From positions 30,196,001 through 30,260,000 of the forward strand of contig NC_086109.1 of the NCBI RefSeq assembly GCF_963921235.1: a DNA stretch of 64,000 bases, read 5' to 3'. The stretch comes from Mobula hypostoma. Taxonomy: Eukaryota. Under the pieces are notes generated by a model, which saw nothing but the letters and a program-made list of their open reading frames with translations, had not been told where the DNA came from and made no database searches. A program made the position numbers and the translations under genes. Positions 1 through 13,973 of this stretch are shown piece by piece (positions within the stretch are counted from its first letter, which is position 1; every line of letters starts with the position of its first letter).

Positions 1-1029
1 TAATAAAATAGTGACATATATTGTACATTGATAATAAATTTATTTTGAAAAAATTGAAAAATAGAATGCTAAGGAGCATCCATCTCCTGTTAATCCCTGA
101 GGATAACTGTTCCCAATAATTAATGTTTAATGATCTTGGGAGATGGTAAATTTTACATGCTTAACAAAAGTGATGAATGTATGGATGTGCATTGAAGAGT
201 AACTCACACTTCATAAAAATTGAAAGTTTATAACAGGCTAAATCTCCAGTTGAACACTATAGTTTCATTTTAAATGTTCAACTATATCATGGATGTTTTT
301 CATAACATCGAAACAAAGTAAACACTGATACATGGTGCTCCGTTAATAACGAATTAACTGATTCGTTTTTTTGCCATTCTAGCTGTGTTGCTTTTGAATA
401 CTCATTTACAAATGTGACCATAAAATTATTCTCAATAGATTAATATAATTTAATTCCATGCCATGCAACAGAAAATTTATAATCTTCACTTTTGGCTTAA
501 GCATTATAGTTAGTGTAGATTTGTGCAGTACCTTTGAAGTCTTATAATGTTCTTTCAAAGTAATTATAGTATTGCTGAACAGTATGAATAAATTAATCAT
601 AATCTCATGCTGAATAGTTATGCCAGTGCCAAATATTTAAAATTAACTGAGCTTCTATTAGTGAACACTGAATTAATTTTACACTTGTTCATCTGCATCG
701 TACTGTATACTGTATTTTGGGTGAAACTGAGCTATTGACAGGTTAAACAGTTTAGATCCTAAGAAAGGAAGGATGTAGCTGGGAAGCTGGAAAACTAGCA
801 TTAAGTTTTCTTGCTAATGCAGAACATCTGTGAAATCCTAAGAATATTATGTTTTATAGACCATATTTCCTCTACTTGAAAATCTTTCTACCAAGATGCA
901 AAATACTTTAAGGATGTTGTTTCTACCTTGACAGCTGTCCACTAGAAATAAAATAAATCTGTTCTTCAATCTTGCATACTGCTGTACTTTGAAACATTTT
1001 ACATTTGGCTAGCTGACTTTCAAGTTCTG

Positions 1030-2490
1030 TGCTTTTGTACGTGCACAATCAACTCTCCATTTCGTTCCTTCTGTTATTAAATCCTGCACTGTTACCTTTG
1101 CACTGTGAGCATCCTCTCCCAATATACAAAAACTACAGCAAACTGTCAGGTCAGCAGAGAAGGTCATTGTCTGCAGTCTACCATCACTGCAGGACTTGTA
1201 AGTATCCACATCAAAGAAGCAGGCAGGTAAAACCATGGTGGACACTACCCACCCAGCTAACTGACTTTTTCAAATGCACCCTTCTAGGAAATGCTATAAG
1301 GTTATTAAAGCAAAAAAAAACTTCACGACATCTTAAAATTTTAATCTGGTCAACCATTTTAGTTAGCTCAGTCTCTGACCTGCGCAGTAAGAACTTTAAA
1401 CCACTTTTTTAGTGATGTTTACATTGAAAAGTTCAAAGTACATTTCTTATCAAACTGTGTATACTGCATACAACCTTGTGATTTGTCTTCTTGCAGGCAG
1501 CCATAAAATAAAGAAACACAATAAAACCCATTTTAAAAAACACACAACAAAGACTGTTAAACACCCAATGTGCAAAAATAAAGAACAATCGTGCAAACAA
1601 TAAAAAAAATAAAATAACACCCAGATCATGAACCACAGACTCCCCAAAAGTAAGTCCACAGCCACAGAGCCAGTTCAGCACTGAGGCGTGTGAAGCTGGT
1701 CCAGGAGTCTGATAGCTGCAGGCTATTGCCCTGAAGCTGCTTCAGCACTGAAGCAAATAAACCTCATAGAGTAGTGAGCTGAACACCGGTTCATCCTTCA
1801 CCCTCAGCCTTGACACCTTGATCAAATTGCACAAGTAGTAAAAAAAAAGTAAACAAAAACACACGGAATATGAACTGCAGAATCCCAAATGTGAATCCAC
1901 ATCTGCAGAGCCTGTTCTGCGCTGAGGCAACTAAATCCCGATGGCTGCCGAGCAACAACTGCAAGTAGATTGCACTGAGCACTTATTTGCTTTCCACACT
2001 TGTCCTTGACAATTTTAATCATGATCAATGCTTTAATTGGTGTGAAGTAGTGGAGCCGATCATGGGTTTGTCTTCCGCCATCAGGCCTCACCGCAGCATC
2101 CACCCCCAGCAATGGTCGCCCTTGCTGTATTTGCACTCTTGAGAATCTTATTTGTCAGATCCCCCAGGAGATCGCAAAAGTGGCAAATTATTTAGTCGGT
2201 TCAGAAGAACATCCTTAAAAGATAAATGTGAGGCTGCAGACTGCAGGGATCATATTTCAGACAAAGAAGTAGTATATCTACTAGAATATCTAGTAGATGT
2301 GCAAAACATCACCATTGGTCGTTGTTTATATATTTGTGCATATTTTATTCTGTAACTGCACTTTAAATTTTAAATTCATTTTTGTAATTTTCTTTATAAT
2401 TTTGAATGTTGTTTTATGTCACTCCGACACACCACAGCTAATTCCTAATACATGTAAATGATTCTGGTGAATAAAGTTGATCCTTGATAG
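1030..2490 (+). mobile_element. Old Rex1/Babar-like LINE 3' fragment, interrupted at ~1424-2320 by a minus-strand non-autonomous retroelement
   Basis: Degenerate ORF end (acccacccag...cccttctaggaaatgctataagg, HP..F..LPSG.YR-type) and a 3'UTR ending aataaagttgatccttgat. The insert starts aaaagttcaaagtacatttcttatcaaa...caggcagcc, like the element at 20296. Confidence 0.5.
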
Positions 2491-5454
2491 TTTAGCCTGT
2501 ACCTGTGACTCATAAATTTCATAGGAAAGTTTGAACCATAAAAATACCAGATAGTGTCATATTTGCACCTTTGGTATTGTTTAAGGAGTATAATGACTTC
2601 TAACACTGTTATCTCCAGTTACAATGATGTTTTGAGAAATCGGTCAAAGACTGCTCAGAAAATGTAATTGATTAAATATTTTGTTTTAAAAAGTAGAAAT
2701 AAGGAATCAAGATTAGTATGACTGAAATTACTGAATTATTTGTTTTTTGTAGGCTATAGTGTACCCATTCTGAAGATGAAATGCTCATCTGGCTTACACT
2801 GAGAAAGAGGTAGGGAGTAGGGGCAGGTGAATCAGGGCAAAACCCAGGAAATGTCAACTTACCCCACAGAACCTCTCTGATTCATATGCTATGATTTATT
2901 AAATGTTATAACTTGTTCAGGTTTTCTGTGAGTTAAAGGAGTGATGGACGAAGAAGGCAGGAGGGATGCCATTGAAAGGTGGTTGGGTTAGTGTTGGCCT
3001 TGTGTTTCAAACCTTGCAACACAGAGTGATACTACAAGAAATTTCATGACCTTACTAGATATGTAAAGTCTAGACCATGGTGCCTAATGAGTAGAGTAGT
3101 TTAGAGTATGACCTATTAAGGAGATGCACAAGGAACTTTTAAGCAATGGTCTGAGTCTATGTATAGGGAATTCGGTGCTGGGGCTGGCTGGAGGGGACTA
3201 TCTGTACATCTGTCCTACCTAAGATTTATAGTGTCATAGCAAAGTGCCATGATGAAGATGCAGAAAGACATGGAATCTACCACACAGGGAAGCCACCTCA
3301 ATCTTTCACAGCAAGTTAAGTAGTAATGGTATGATTTCACCTCCAGCTGAATTGCACATTTTGCTGGATATTGGTGGCAGTTCCATCAGATTATGCTTAC
3401 CGGTTGCAGTGAAAGATGTTATTTTGCTTCTGTGTAAGTATGCTATAATACAGCCAGGGCAAGCAAAATGCCTCTGGAGCAACTTGATGTCCGAATTCAG
3501 CAGTGATTCCACAGGTGAACAGATATCACTGTTGTCGTTGAGCAGCAAGATGCTGTTCTGTGAGGCGATTCAGTGGACTGAGTGATGCTACATTTAAGGA
3601 CCTCATTGTTTTGCACAAACAGAACAACTGCCTGTCGGAACTAATGCACTCTGATCATTCAGGAGAGCAGAGTGAGCAGATTGTTTACCTATGGGACCAG
3701 ACATTTGGTGCGCAAGAGTAATAACCTGTTCCCACCATTCCCCAACGTATCAAGCATTCTGCTTGGATGGCAGAGGAATGGAGAAAGTGATTCCAGCTCA
3801 GGTCCTGGTCTGCAGTATGAAAGTGTGGTGCACTGGTGAATGCTAGCTGTTGACTACACCATCTTCAATCCCGTACCTGGGAAAGCGCCTGTGGACCATA
3901 TCCAGTCCACTGACGACCACGCTCCGAGGACATCAGGTCATTTTGCCGGGTAGCCCCCACTCCCCAGGCAACATAATCATTTGTGCATGTCCAGACTGCT
4001 CCGTCAAAAGATCTGGGGCTGCAGTCTGCAGCTGCTTATTTAGAAAACAAGCTTCTTGTGGGGTTATCAAGTACAACAATGTGAATTCAAAAGACCAAAG
4101 AACCTCTAGATTGCATCCACTAGGGCAATGGGATATAACGTTCAGAGTCAATACAAACATCTAAGAAATTGATATGGGAAAGACACAGAGACTTTTAGAT
4201 TTCTGAAGTAGATTAGGTTCAAACTTTCTATTTTTGTTCAATATTCATTCTGAATATACAATGCTTATTTAGGACAAATAATGCCCTTCATGAACCATGA
4301 TAAGTAATACTGACGGAGTGTTGGCATTGCTGTGGACCTTATCATATCCCATTTCAAAAGATTCTAATAGGTGATGCCGGAGGCATTGCTGGTGCTACAC
4401 CAGATGAATAATTACGTCTGGAGCTGATTGCACAAGACAGCACATACTTGGCATTATCTGTAGATTTTAGAAGGTATTTGAGCAGGCTTCCAGGTTCTGA
4501 AGCTCACCAGCAACATTTCCCATTGAAATGTCCCTTTTAAATCAATTTGCAGTTCAGTTTATTTAATGAAAGGAAGAAATGGGAGTTCATTGAAAATTTA
4601 TGCCATTAGGAGCACATTAGAGACTACAAAAATGTCAAGTGCACCAACATAATTCCTTTGTTCTGTCTCGTGAAATTATACTCAACTCCTAGAAAAAAAA
4701 TCGCTAGTTCAATCAAATAGGCTTTTGTATGTTTTGCATTTAAAAATACAAGTGCTCTTTGAGCTTATTTCTAGACAATAGTTCACAAAGGCATTTTTAG
4801 GTGTTGTGATGAAACCCAAACAGACACATTCATCACCAGTAATTGATGGTATTCAGAGACATGGTTGTATAGTGATCAGTGATGGGAGCTAAAAGTTGTA
4901 GTGTATTTGATATTTTAAAGAATAGGCAGAAAATAAAATAGGTAGGATTGATCTATTAAAAGGATTAACTCAGCACAGTGATTTTGGCTCAGAGATCAAG
5001 CTGTAAAATTAGTTTGGGTAGAGATTAAATAAAAGACATTGGTGGAGTAGTTCACCGGAGATGTCATAAGTGGGTCATTTTCCGGATGGCAAGCTTCAGT
5101 AAGTGAGGTTATAGAGATTGATACTGAAGCTCAACTACTTTCAATCTTCATTAACGATGCAGATAAAGAAACAGAATTTTCCTACATTACAGAGATGATG
5201 TAATGTAGGAAATCATAGTGAGGGAAGAAAAGAAAGCTACAAAGGGATATAAATTAGCTAAACCCAGTGAGGAGAAAATTTTAATTGGTTTATAATTGTA
5301 TAAAATTAACAGACCGAGTCATATAAGGCATTTACATAATTATAAACCATGGATTTGCTTGAGCCTGCATGTGTAGTCCATCACCCAAGCCTAGTCTTTT
5401 TTTTTGGAGGGTTCTTCAGCATTACTTAAAGGAAACACCAGTAAGCAGAGAGAG

Positions 5455-5672
5455 AAACAAATAATAATAAATAAAATAAAACAATAATAAATAAACAAGT
5501 AAATCAATTAAGTATATTGAATAGATTATTAGAAATGCGCAAAAACAGAAATACTGTATGTTTAAAAAAGTGAGGTAGTGTCCAAAGCTTCAAAGTCCAT
5601 TCAGGAACCGGATGGCAGAGGGGAAGAAGCTGTTCCTGAATCACTGAGTGTGTGCCTTCAGGCTTCTGTATC
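5455..5672 (-). mobile_element. Rex1-like LINE 3' end fragment
   Basis: The minus strand reads ...ttcaggaacagcttcttcccctctgccatccggttcctgaatgg (FRNSFFPSAIRFLNG), followed by a T-rich 3'UTR. Confidence 0.65.
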
Positions 5673-5903
5673 TTGCTGATATCATTTTGTCATGGAATTT
5701 AATCAAAAATTTGAAAAGAAAGCTCTGATTCTCATTGCACTGTTTTAAACAAAAAATCACTTGTATCAAGATCTTAATAAAATTTGCTTAGCTAGTTACA
5801 TGCTTGGTCTTTCACTATAAACAAGAATATTTGCTTTCCCTTGGTAAAAGGATATGCATTGGGTCGAATTTTTCACTCAAAATTCTCCCCTTCAAGTTCA
5901 TTA

Positions 5904-6543
5904 CAGTCAGCCCTCCGTATCCGCGGAGGATTGCTTCTGGGACCCCCCGCGGATACCAAAATTCACGGATGCTCAAGTCCCTTATATAAAAGCCTAAGAG
6001 AGCTGGTGAGGGTGTTACGAAAAGCGAAAATAGCGTTCAGCATTTGTTTTGCAGCAAGCCATCATAGAGGCAGCGCGCACCCCGAGCAGCGAGAGTGCTT
6101 TCTCTCGATTTATTTTGTGCATCCGTTAGCAAGATTTGTCCTAAGGTATCAGAAAAGCTGAAGATGAGCTCATAAGGATGTTACGCTTAGCGTAAAACTG
6201 GACGTAATTAAGCATTTCGATGGTGGTGAACGAAGTAAAGACATTGTGCGTGCGTTGAACTTGCCTGCACCCACCATTCGTACTGTTTACATGCAGAGAG
6301 AAAGAATGTTGAAAGCTGCCAATGTTACTATTGCTTCTGCTAGTAGCATATCATTCCTGCTTTTACTGTATGTTAGTGTTATTTTAGGATTTATGCGTTA
6401 TTTGGTATGATTTGGTAGGTTATTTTTTGGGTTCGGCTTATGAAAGGTTTCATAGGAACGCTGTACTTTTGGATAGCGGGGGATACTTGTACAGTATTTT
6501 CTATCCATGGTTGGTTGCATCTGTGGATACGGAGGGCCAACTA
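5904..6543 (+). mobile_element. Non-autonomous Tigger/pogo element with MER2-like termini and a CENP-B-type HTH remnant
   Basis: TA flanks at 5902-03 and 6544-45. TIRs cagtcagccctccgtatcc / ggatacggagggccaacta. Internal frame AHKDVTLSVKLDVIKHFDGGERSKDIVRALNLPAPTIRTVYMQRERMLKAA at ~6168-6320. Confidence 0.85.
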
Positions 6544-7877
6544 TATTTTCTTCTTAGCACCTTAAAGAACCTGGCTTTGTACTTGCCAATATAAGCAGTT
6601 TTCCCAGTCACACTCAACCAATCGTATTGCACAACTTGTTCAATATCATTGGTGTTGAGATTGTGTTTAATCTGTTGTTCAACAACAGATTTTAACATTG
6701 CTGTGTTGTCAGCAGGAATTTATTTGAACTACATTCTCCCCTGATGTCAGAAACTAACTACCAGCTTTCTGGTTGTCAATACTAATTTCCATAGATAGTG
6801 TCACAATTTTAGGGCTTTTTTTTGGAGGGGGGGTGAGGATTTCCCTATTTGATTATAGCAGTAATCAAATTGAAATAAACTAAGTTTTATGTTCAGCTAT
6901 AAAGCAAGTTTTAGAAAAAAAATGCAAGTCAGATTTGGTATGGAAAAGTTATTTATTAAATCAATAAAATGTGTGTTTTTTTGTAACTGCTTTGGCCATA
7001 TATTTTAAAGTGAAGAATGAAGGAGAAGCAACTGCTGTAAAACTCCTTTTTCATTGTATGCCTAGAATCATCTTCAAATTAACACTTGTACGAAGATAGA
7101 GAAGGCGTATTTTTAAACAGGTGGAGAAAATATAGATTTTGCCGGAAGAAAAAAATTGATTTACTGGCAACCTATCAGAGATGCTAAGAGAGAGTACCAG
7201 TCCAAAATAGGGTCTCTGCCCGGTCATCAGCTGTGTCAGGGCTGACATACTATAAAGAGTTACAAAACCAAGTTGGGCAAGATCTCCGACAGCAGCACAT
7301 CCCTCTAATTTACTCCCTGTTTACTCGTGACCTCATCGCCAGATTCTGCTCTAACTCCAACTATAAGTTTGCAATGATACCACTGTAATGGACTGTATCT
7401 CAAATAATGATGAGTTGGAGTTCAAGGAAACACAATTTAGTGAAATACTGTCATGACAATAACCCTTTCCTCAATGTCAACAACACAGAAGTGCTGGTCA
7501 TTGACATTACAAAGGTGGGTGGTGCACATGCTCCTATCTACATCAACTGTGCTGAGGTGAGAGCTTCAAGTACTGCGGTGTAATCATTACCAATAGCTTG
7601 TCCTTGCCCTGCCATATTGATGTCACGGCCAAGGAAGCTTATCCACGCCCATACTTCAGGAAGCTGAAAAAAATTCGGCATGTCCCAATTGACCCTTATC
7701 ATTTTTTTTATTGATGCACCGGAAAACCATTCTGTGGATGCATGGTGGCTTGTTATGGCAACTGCTCTATACGTACCCACAAGAAACAGCTGAGTTATGG
7801 ACACAGCTCAGGGCATCACAGGAACTAATCTCCCCTCTATGAACTCTGTCTATACTTCTCGCTGTCTCAATAAAAGC

Positions 7878-10570
7878 CATAAGATATAGGAGCAGAGTTA
7901 GGCCATTTGGCCAAGTCTGTTCTGCCATTTTGTCGTGGCTGATCCCGTTTTCCTCTCAGATACAGTTTCATGTCTTCTCCCTGAATCCCTTCATGCCTTG
8001 ACCAATCAAGAATCTATCAATCTCTGCTTTAATATCCATAAAAACTTGTCCTTCACAGCTGCCTGTGGCAAAGAATTCCACAGATTCACCAGTGCCTAGC
8101 TCAGGAAATTCCTCCTCATTTCCGTTTTTAAAGGACACCGCTTCATTCTGAGGCTCTGTCCTCTAGTTGTAGACTCCCCCATCATAGGAAACATCCTCTC
8201 CACATCCACTCTTTCAAGGCCTCTCACCATTCGATAGGTTTCAATGAGATCACCCTTCATTCCTCTGAATTCTTGTGAATACAGGCCCAGAGCCTTCAAG
8301 CGCTTTTCATATGACATAGAAACATAGAAAATAGGTGCAGGAGTAGGCCATTCGGCCCTTCGAGCCTGCACCGCCATTCAGTATGATCATGGCTGATCAT
8401 CCAACTCAGAACCCTGTACCTGCCTTCTCTCCATACCCCCTGATCCCTTTAGCCACAAGGGCCATACCTTAACTCCCTCTTAAATATAGCCAATGAACTG
8501 GACTCAACTGTTTCCTGTGGCAGAGAATTCCACAGATTCACCACTCTCTGTGTGAAGAAGTTTTTCCTCATCTCGGTCGTAAAAGGCTTCCCCTTTATCC
8601 TTAAACTGTGACCCCTCGTTCTGGACTTCCCCCAACATCGGGAACAATCTTCCTGCATCTAGCCTGTCCAATCCCTTTAGAATTTTATACGTTTCAATAA
8701 GATCCCCCTTCAATCTTCTAAATTCCAGCGAGTATAAGCCTAGTCGATCTAGTCTTTCTTCATATGAAAGTCCTGCCATCCCAGGAATCAATCTGGTGAA
8801 CCTTCTTTGTACTTTCTCTTTGGCAAGAATGTCTTTCCTCCGATTAGGGGACCAAAACTGCACACAATACTCCAGGTGTGGTCTCACCAAGGCCTTGTAC
8901 AACTGCAGTAGAACCTCCCTGCTCCTGTACTCAAATCCTCTTGCTATGAATGTCAGCATACCATTCGCCTTTTTCACTGCCTGCTGTACCTGCATGCCCA
9001 CTTTCAATGGCGTACAATGACACCCAGGTCTCCTTGCACCTCCCCTTTTCCTAATTGGCCACCATTCAGATAATAATCTGTTTTCCTGTTCTTGCCACCA
9101 AAGTTGATAACCTCACATTTAACCACATTAAATTGCATCTGCCATGAATTTGCCCACTCACCTAACCTATCCAAGTTACCCTGCATCCTCTTAGCATCCT
9201 CCTTACAGTTAACACTGCCGCCCAGCTTCGTGTCATCCTCAAACTTGGAGATGTTGCATTTAATTCCCCCATCTAAGTAATTAATATATATTGTAAACAA
9301 CTGGGGTCCCAGCACTGAGCCTTGCGTTACCCCACTAGTCACTGCCTGCCATTCTGAAAAGGTCCCGTTTATTCCCACTCTTTGCTTCCTGTCTGCCAAC
9401 CAATTCTCTATCCACATCAATACCATACCCCCAGTACCGTGTGCTTTAAGTTTGCACACTAATCTCCTGTGTGGGACCTTGTCAAAAGCCTTTTGAAAAT
9501 CCAAATATACCACATCCACTGGTTCTCCCCTATCCACTCTACTAGTTACATACTCAAAAAATTCTATAAGATTCGTCAGACATGATTTTCCTTTCACAAA
9601 TCCATGCTGACTTTGTCCGATGATTTCACTGCTTTCCAAATGTGCTGTTATCACATCTTTGATAACTGACTCTAGCATTTTCCCCACCACTGATGTTAGG
9701 CTAACTGGTCTATAATTCCCCAGTTTCTCTCTCACTCCTTTTTTAAAAAGCAGGGTTACATTAGCCACCCTCCAATCCTCAGGAACTAATCCAGAATCCA
9801 AAGATTTTGAAAAATTATCACTAATGCATCCACTATTTCTTGGGCCACTTCCTTAAGCACTCTGGGATGCAGACCACCTGGCCCTGGGGATTTATCTGCC
9901 TTTAATCCCTTCAATTTACCCAACACCACTAACACTTAACAATGACAAGCAATTCAATCCTGGAATCATTTTCATGAACCTCCTTTGAACCCTCCAGTTT
10001 CATCATGTCCTTTCTAAGATAAGGGACCCAAAACTGCTCACAATACTCCACAAGTGAGGCCTCACTGGTGTTTGTAATTTCTCAACATTATATCCTTGCT
10101 TTTATATTCTAGTTCTCTTGAAACGAAAGCTATCATCGCATTTGCCTTCCTCACCACAGACTCAACCTGCAAATTAACCTTTAGGAAATCCTGCATAAGG
10201 AATCTCAAAACACTTTGCGCATCAGATCGTTGTATTTTTTCTCCATTTAGAAAATAGTCAACCTTTTCATTTCTTCGACCAAAGTGCATCACCATTCACT
10301 TCCTGACACTGTATTCAATCTGCCACTTCTTTGCCCATTCTTCTAATATGTCCTTCTGTAGCCTCTCTACTTCCTCAAAACCATGCCTCCACCTATTTTC
10401 ATATCATCTGCAAACTTTGCAACAAAGCCATCAATTCCATCATCCAAGTCATTGACGTATAACGTAAAATGAATCAGTCCCAACACAGACCCCTGTGGAA
10501 CACCACTAGTCACCAGCAGCCAACTAGAAAAGGCTCCCTTCATTCCCACTTTTTGCCTCCTGTGAATCAG
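7878..10570 (-). mobile_element. Older CR1 LINE 3' part (7878-8316 and 9942-10570)
   Basis: ORF2 remnants [20 protein letters not shown] (10367-10549), HFGRRNEKVDYFLNG (10062-10295) and SYEKRLKALGLYS..GDLIETY. Confidence 0.85.
8317..9941 (-). mobile_element. Younger 5'-truncated CR1 LINE nested in the older CR1
   Basis: RT remnants [40 protein letters not shown] and KFEDD (9004-9801), plus LVRPHLEYCVQFWSP (8504-9007). (tttctatg)n tail. atgaca is repeated at 8311-16 and 9942-47 as a likely TSD. Confidence 0.92.
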
Positions 10571-10696
10571 TCACTGCTCTGTAAAGCAACCAACTTAATC
10601 AAAGACCCCACGCACCCTGGATATTCTTTCTTCTCCCCCTTTCATCATGCAGAAGATATGAGACCCTCAAAGCATATACCAGCAAACACAAGGACA

Positions 10697-10810
10697 TACA
10701 TCAAAGTTGCTGGCAACAGCCAAGCAGCATCGGCCTGCTGCGTTCACCAGCAACTTTGATGTATGTTGCTTGAATTTCCAGCATCTGCAGAATTCCTGTT
10801 GTTTGCGTTT
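10697..10810. mobile_element. Collapsed fold-back Penelope-like (PLE) end insertion with 13-bp TSD
   Basis: Inverted arms acatacatcaaagttgctgg / ccagcaactttgatgtatgt plus the tail tgcttgaatttccagcatctgcagaattcctgttgtttg. aaacacaaggaca occurs at 10684-96 and 10811-23. Confidence 0.8.
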
Positions 10811-12726
10811 AAACACAAGGACAGTTTATTTTCCACTGTTATTAAACACTTCAATGGAGATCTTTTACGATAAGATGGACCCTTGGCCTTACAATTTACC
10901 CTGTTATGATCTTGGACAGTATCGGTTACCTGCACTACACTTTTCTATAGCAGTTACACTTCATTCTCTTTTTATTGTTTTACCTTATTTTAGCTTAATT
11001 CACTGTGTAATGACTTGATCTGTATAATCTGCAAGACGAGCTTTTCACCTTACTTTGGTACACGTGACAATAGTAAAACAATATTAGCCAATATTAATTG
11101 TATTAAAATAATGGGAATATCATTTATAGATTTAAAAATTCTGGCATCTGTCATATTGAATTATTGAGAAAATGTATTCCATGCTGTTTGTTAACCCTTG
11201 GGATGGTGACAGAATTATTATTTCTAGAAAGCTATGCGATGAAGTTGAATTACTTGCATTTATCACATATTTCTATCATACAGTTTATGCACAGGACTAT
11301 CATAAAAGCAGAAATGCATATTTTATTTTGAATGCTGAGGCAGTCTGCTGTTAACAATGGAATGGTTTTCACTGTGTCTGCAATCTTCCTGTTGTGATTG
11401 CTGCTTCAGCACTATAAAAAGCCTCATACGTTTCACAAAATTGCAATTTACTGCAGTAAGTGCAGAGTAGATTCAATTTTATGTGAACCTTGAAGAGATG
11501 CCTGATTCAATTTGCAGTTGTCTTCAGAGCTATTGAATGTGAACTTTGTTCTCATCCACTAACTAGCAAATTGTTGAAATACTTTACCCTTTTAATTACT
11601 TAGACTTTAAACATTATGACAGTTCTTGGGGGAACAATGTTTAGGAAGGCTTGCTTTCTATTTACATCAGTACACATTTAAAATTCAATTACCTATAGAA
11701 TTAATAACTTGGGAAGCTATGCTAACTTTGTGTTGGACCTCAGTTAAGTCACACAAAATAAAGCTGCATGAAGTCTGTACCAAAATTGTGAAAATGATGT
11801 TGAAGCAGTGGAGATAATTCAGATAAGGTGTAGAAATGCAGTGGTTACATAACAGGAAAAATACATAGAGTTAAAATGGGCACTGAGAAATCCAGTAGGG
11901 AATTCAGAAGTAACTTCTTTTTTCAAAGTGCTCACTGTGTAGATCTGTATATACCACAAAGAGTGGCTGAAGCGATTAGAATAGGTGCATTTAAGGAGAG
12001 ACTGGATAAGCATGCCAATGAGAAAGTAGTAGTAATGCTAATATCTTTGGATGTGGAAAGATAGGAACTAGCTGTAATGGAGCAAAAATTGCAACATGTG
12101 CTCATTTGGTCAAATAGCCTGTTTCCTGTGTGTCCTATGTAAGATGATGAAGATCTATGGCACTTGATTTTGTGTTCTCAACATCTATGAGGCTGACAGG
12201 GGCAATTTTAAAGTAGGGGTTGTCAAGTGTAAGACACTGGGCACAAATACCCAGATACCAAGATGTGGAGAAATTAATCGAGTGGTGGCAGTTCACTCTG
12301 AGTGTCCATTAAGAAGATTCTGATGAGAACTTTGAGCAGAACCATACAATGAAGCTTGATGGGCACAATAATCACTGGAATCCCAGTCAAAAAGCCAAAA
12401 AGCCTGCACATAGCAACAAAGAACATAGAGGATTCGACCTGAAGTTTGACATTGGGCTTATTGCAGAACATGGAACCCTTTCTTTCTAAAATGAATCATC
12501 GACTTACCTGCATTAGCATTTCTGTGGAGCTCTTTATGATTTTCAGTGTGGAGCTTAATGTCAGAGATTTCATTATAACCAAAAATGTGTCGATCAGTAT
12601 CCTCACTGCTGTCTTGGAAGCTCAGATTGCTGCTTTTGTGATTCTGATTCACTGCTGATAGGAGTTCCAGGGCATCAGCAGATGAGTAGTAAGAAATGAT
12701 GGCATTCAAGTCCTGCCACAACTATT

Positions 12727-13640
12727 AAGCATCCTTGGATGATTCAAGTTTAGTCAGGAATTGCCTCTTCACCCATGAGATGGCTTTCTGAAGATCATAC
12801 TTGGACCTCTTGTAACTTCCTTGGTCACCAGACTTGAATGCCTTTGATCTGACCCTCAGCAGATTGTAGATCTCATTGTTCGTCCAGGGCTTCTCATTGG
12901 GGAAGACTGAATGATTTTGTGGGGATACACTCATCTACAACAGTTTTAATAAAGTCCGTGACAGCCATGATGTATTCATTCAGAATCACAGATGAGTCCT
13001 TGAACATTTCCCAGTCTATCATCACGAAGCAATCCCATAGCTGCTCCTTTGCCTCTTACAACCACTTCTTTGCTGTTCCAATCTCTGGAGCTTTGCTCTT
13101 TAGCCTCTTCCTGTATGCAAGTCTGAGTCTGGGCATGAAACAGCAGGCATTCCTTGTCTTAATTTAACAGTAGTTGAGTGTGTTGGGACCTCTAGTTCTG
13201 AAGGTTATGTGCTAGTAGTAATTGGGCAGGGTTTTCTTGAAACAGCCTGATTGAAGTCCCCATCTATTATTGGAAATGTATCAGGGTGGACTGTTTCATG
13301 TTTGGAAATGGCATCAGGCAGTATCTCAAGCACTTGATTAGAGTCGGCTGCTGGTGGTATGTAAACTACGGCCAGGATTAGAGTCGGATTAGAGGAGAAC
13401 ACCCTTGGTAAGTAGAATGGACAGCATTTGACCATTAGGTGTTCAAGGTTGGGGGTACATGAGTTCAGTGAAAACGCCACATCGGAGTACCACAAGAGTG
13501 TATCATGAAACGCCCACCTCCATCTTTTGCCTTTTCCAAATCAGCGGTTTAGTCCATTCTGTAAATCAAGAAGCTTTCCAGTGTCATTGCTGTATCTGGC
13601 ATGCTAGGAGTAAGCCATGTTTCATTCAAAGATAGAACGT
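12727..13640 (-). mobile_element. Degenerate Rex1/Babar LINE, AP-endonuclease region
   Basis: LEHLMVKCCPFYLPR..LAVVYIPP..DGDFNQA (13205-13495) and FPNEKPW..RSKAFKSGD (12725-12934), homologous to 39345-40578. Confidence 0.8.
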
Positions 13641-13973
13641 AATGATCAGATTGGAGTTGTCAAGTTTGAAATGATATAGTGTGAAACTTGAAGGTACATG
13701 GCTGCTGAATATCTAACACCCTCCCGCCTCGCCAAGACTATCTATATTTTCCTCATTTGGAGGGCTAACAATCTTGCATTCTCCAGCCACTGGAGAAGGA
13801 AAAATGTATATGAATATCAGACACAAAATTACAATATTAATGAGTTTCATTTTGTATTCCTTAATAACTGAATTAATCAAATGGACTTGATCATGCATTT
13901 AGTGATTTTTTTTTTAACCCCACTTCTGGAGTAAACTGATAGGAAAAACCTAAATGTTGTCTGGACAAGAGTA

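Larger units (their letters stand above)
7290..11080 (+). mobile_element. Old Rex1-like LINE 3' half (7290-7876 and ~10575-11080), split by nested CR1s and a PLE insertion
   Basis: Degenerate RT C-terminal sequence. tatacttctcgctgtctcaataaaag breaks at ~7876 and resumes as gtaaagcaaccaacttaatcaaagacccc at ~10581. The 3'UTR ends acgtgacaatagtaaa. Confidence 0.7.

Noticed and set aside
2950..4530. GC-elevated stretch with short ORFs (3306-3585, 3850-4164)
   Set aside because: No recognisable domain or convincing splice context. It may be an ancient repeat, but I cannot support a call.
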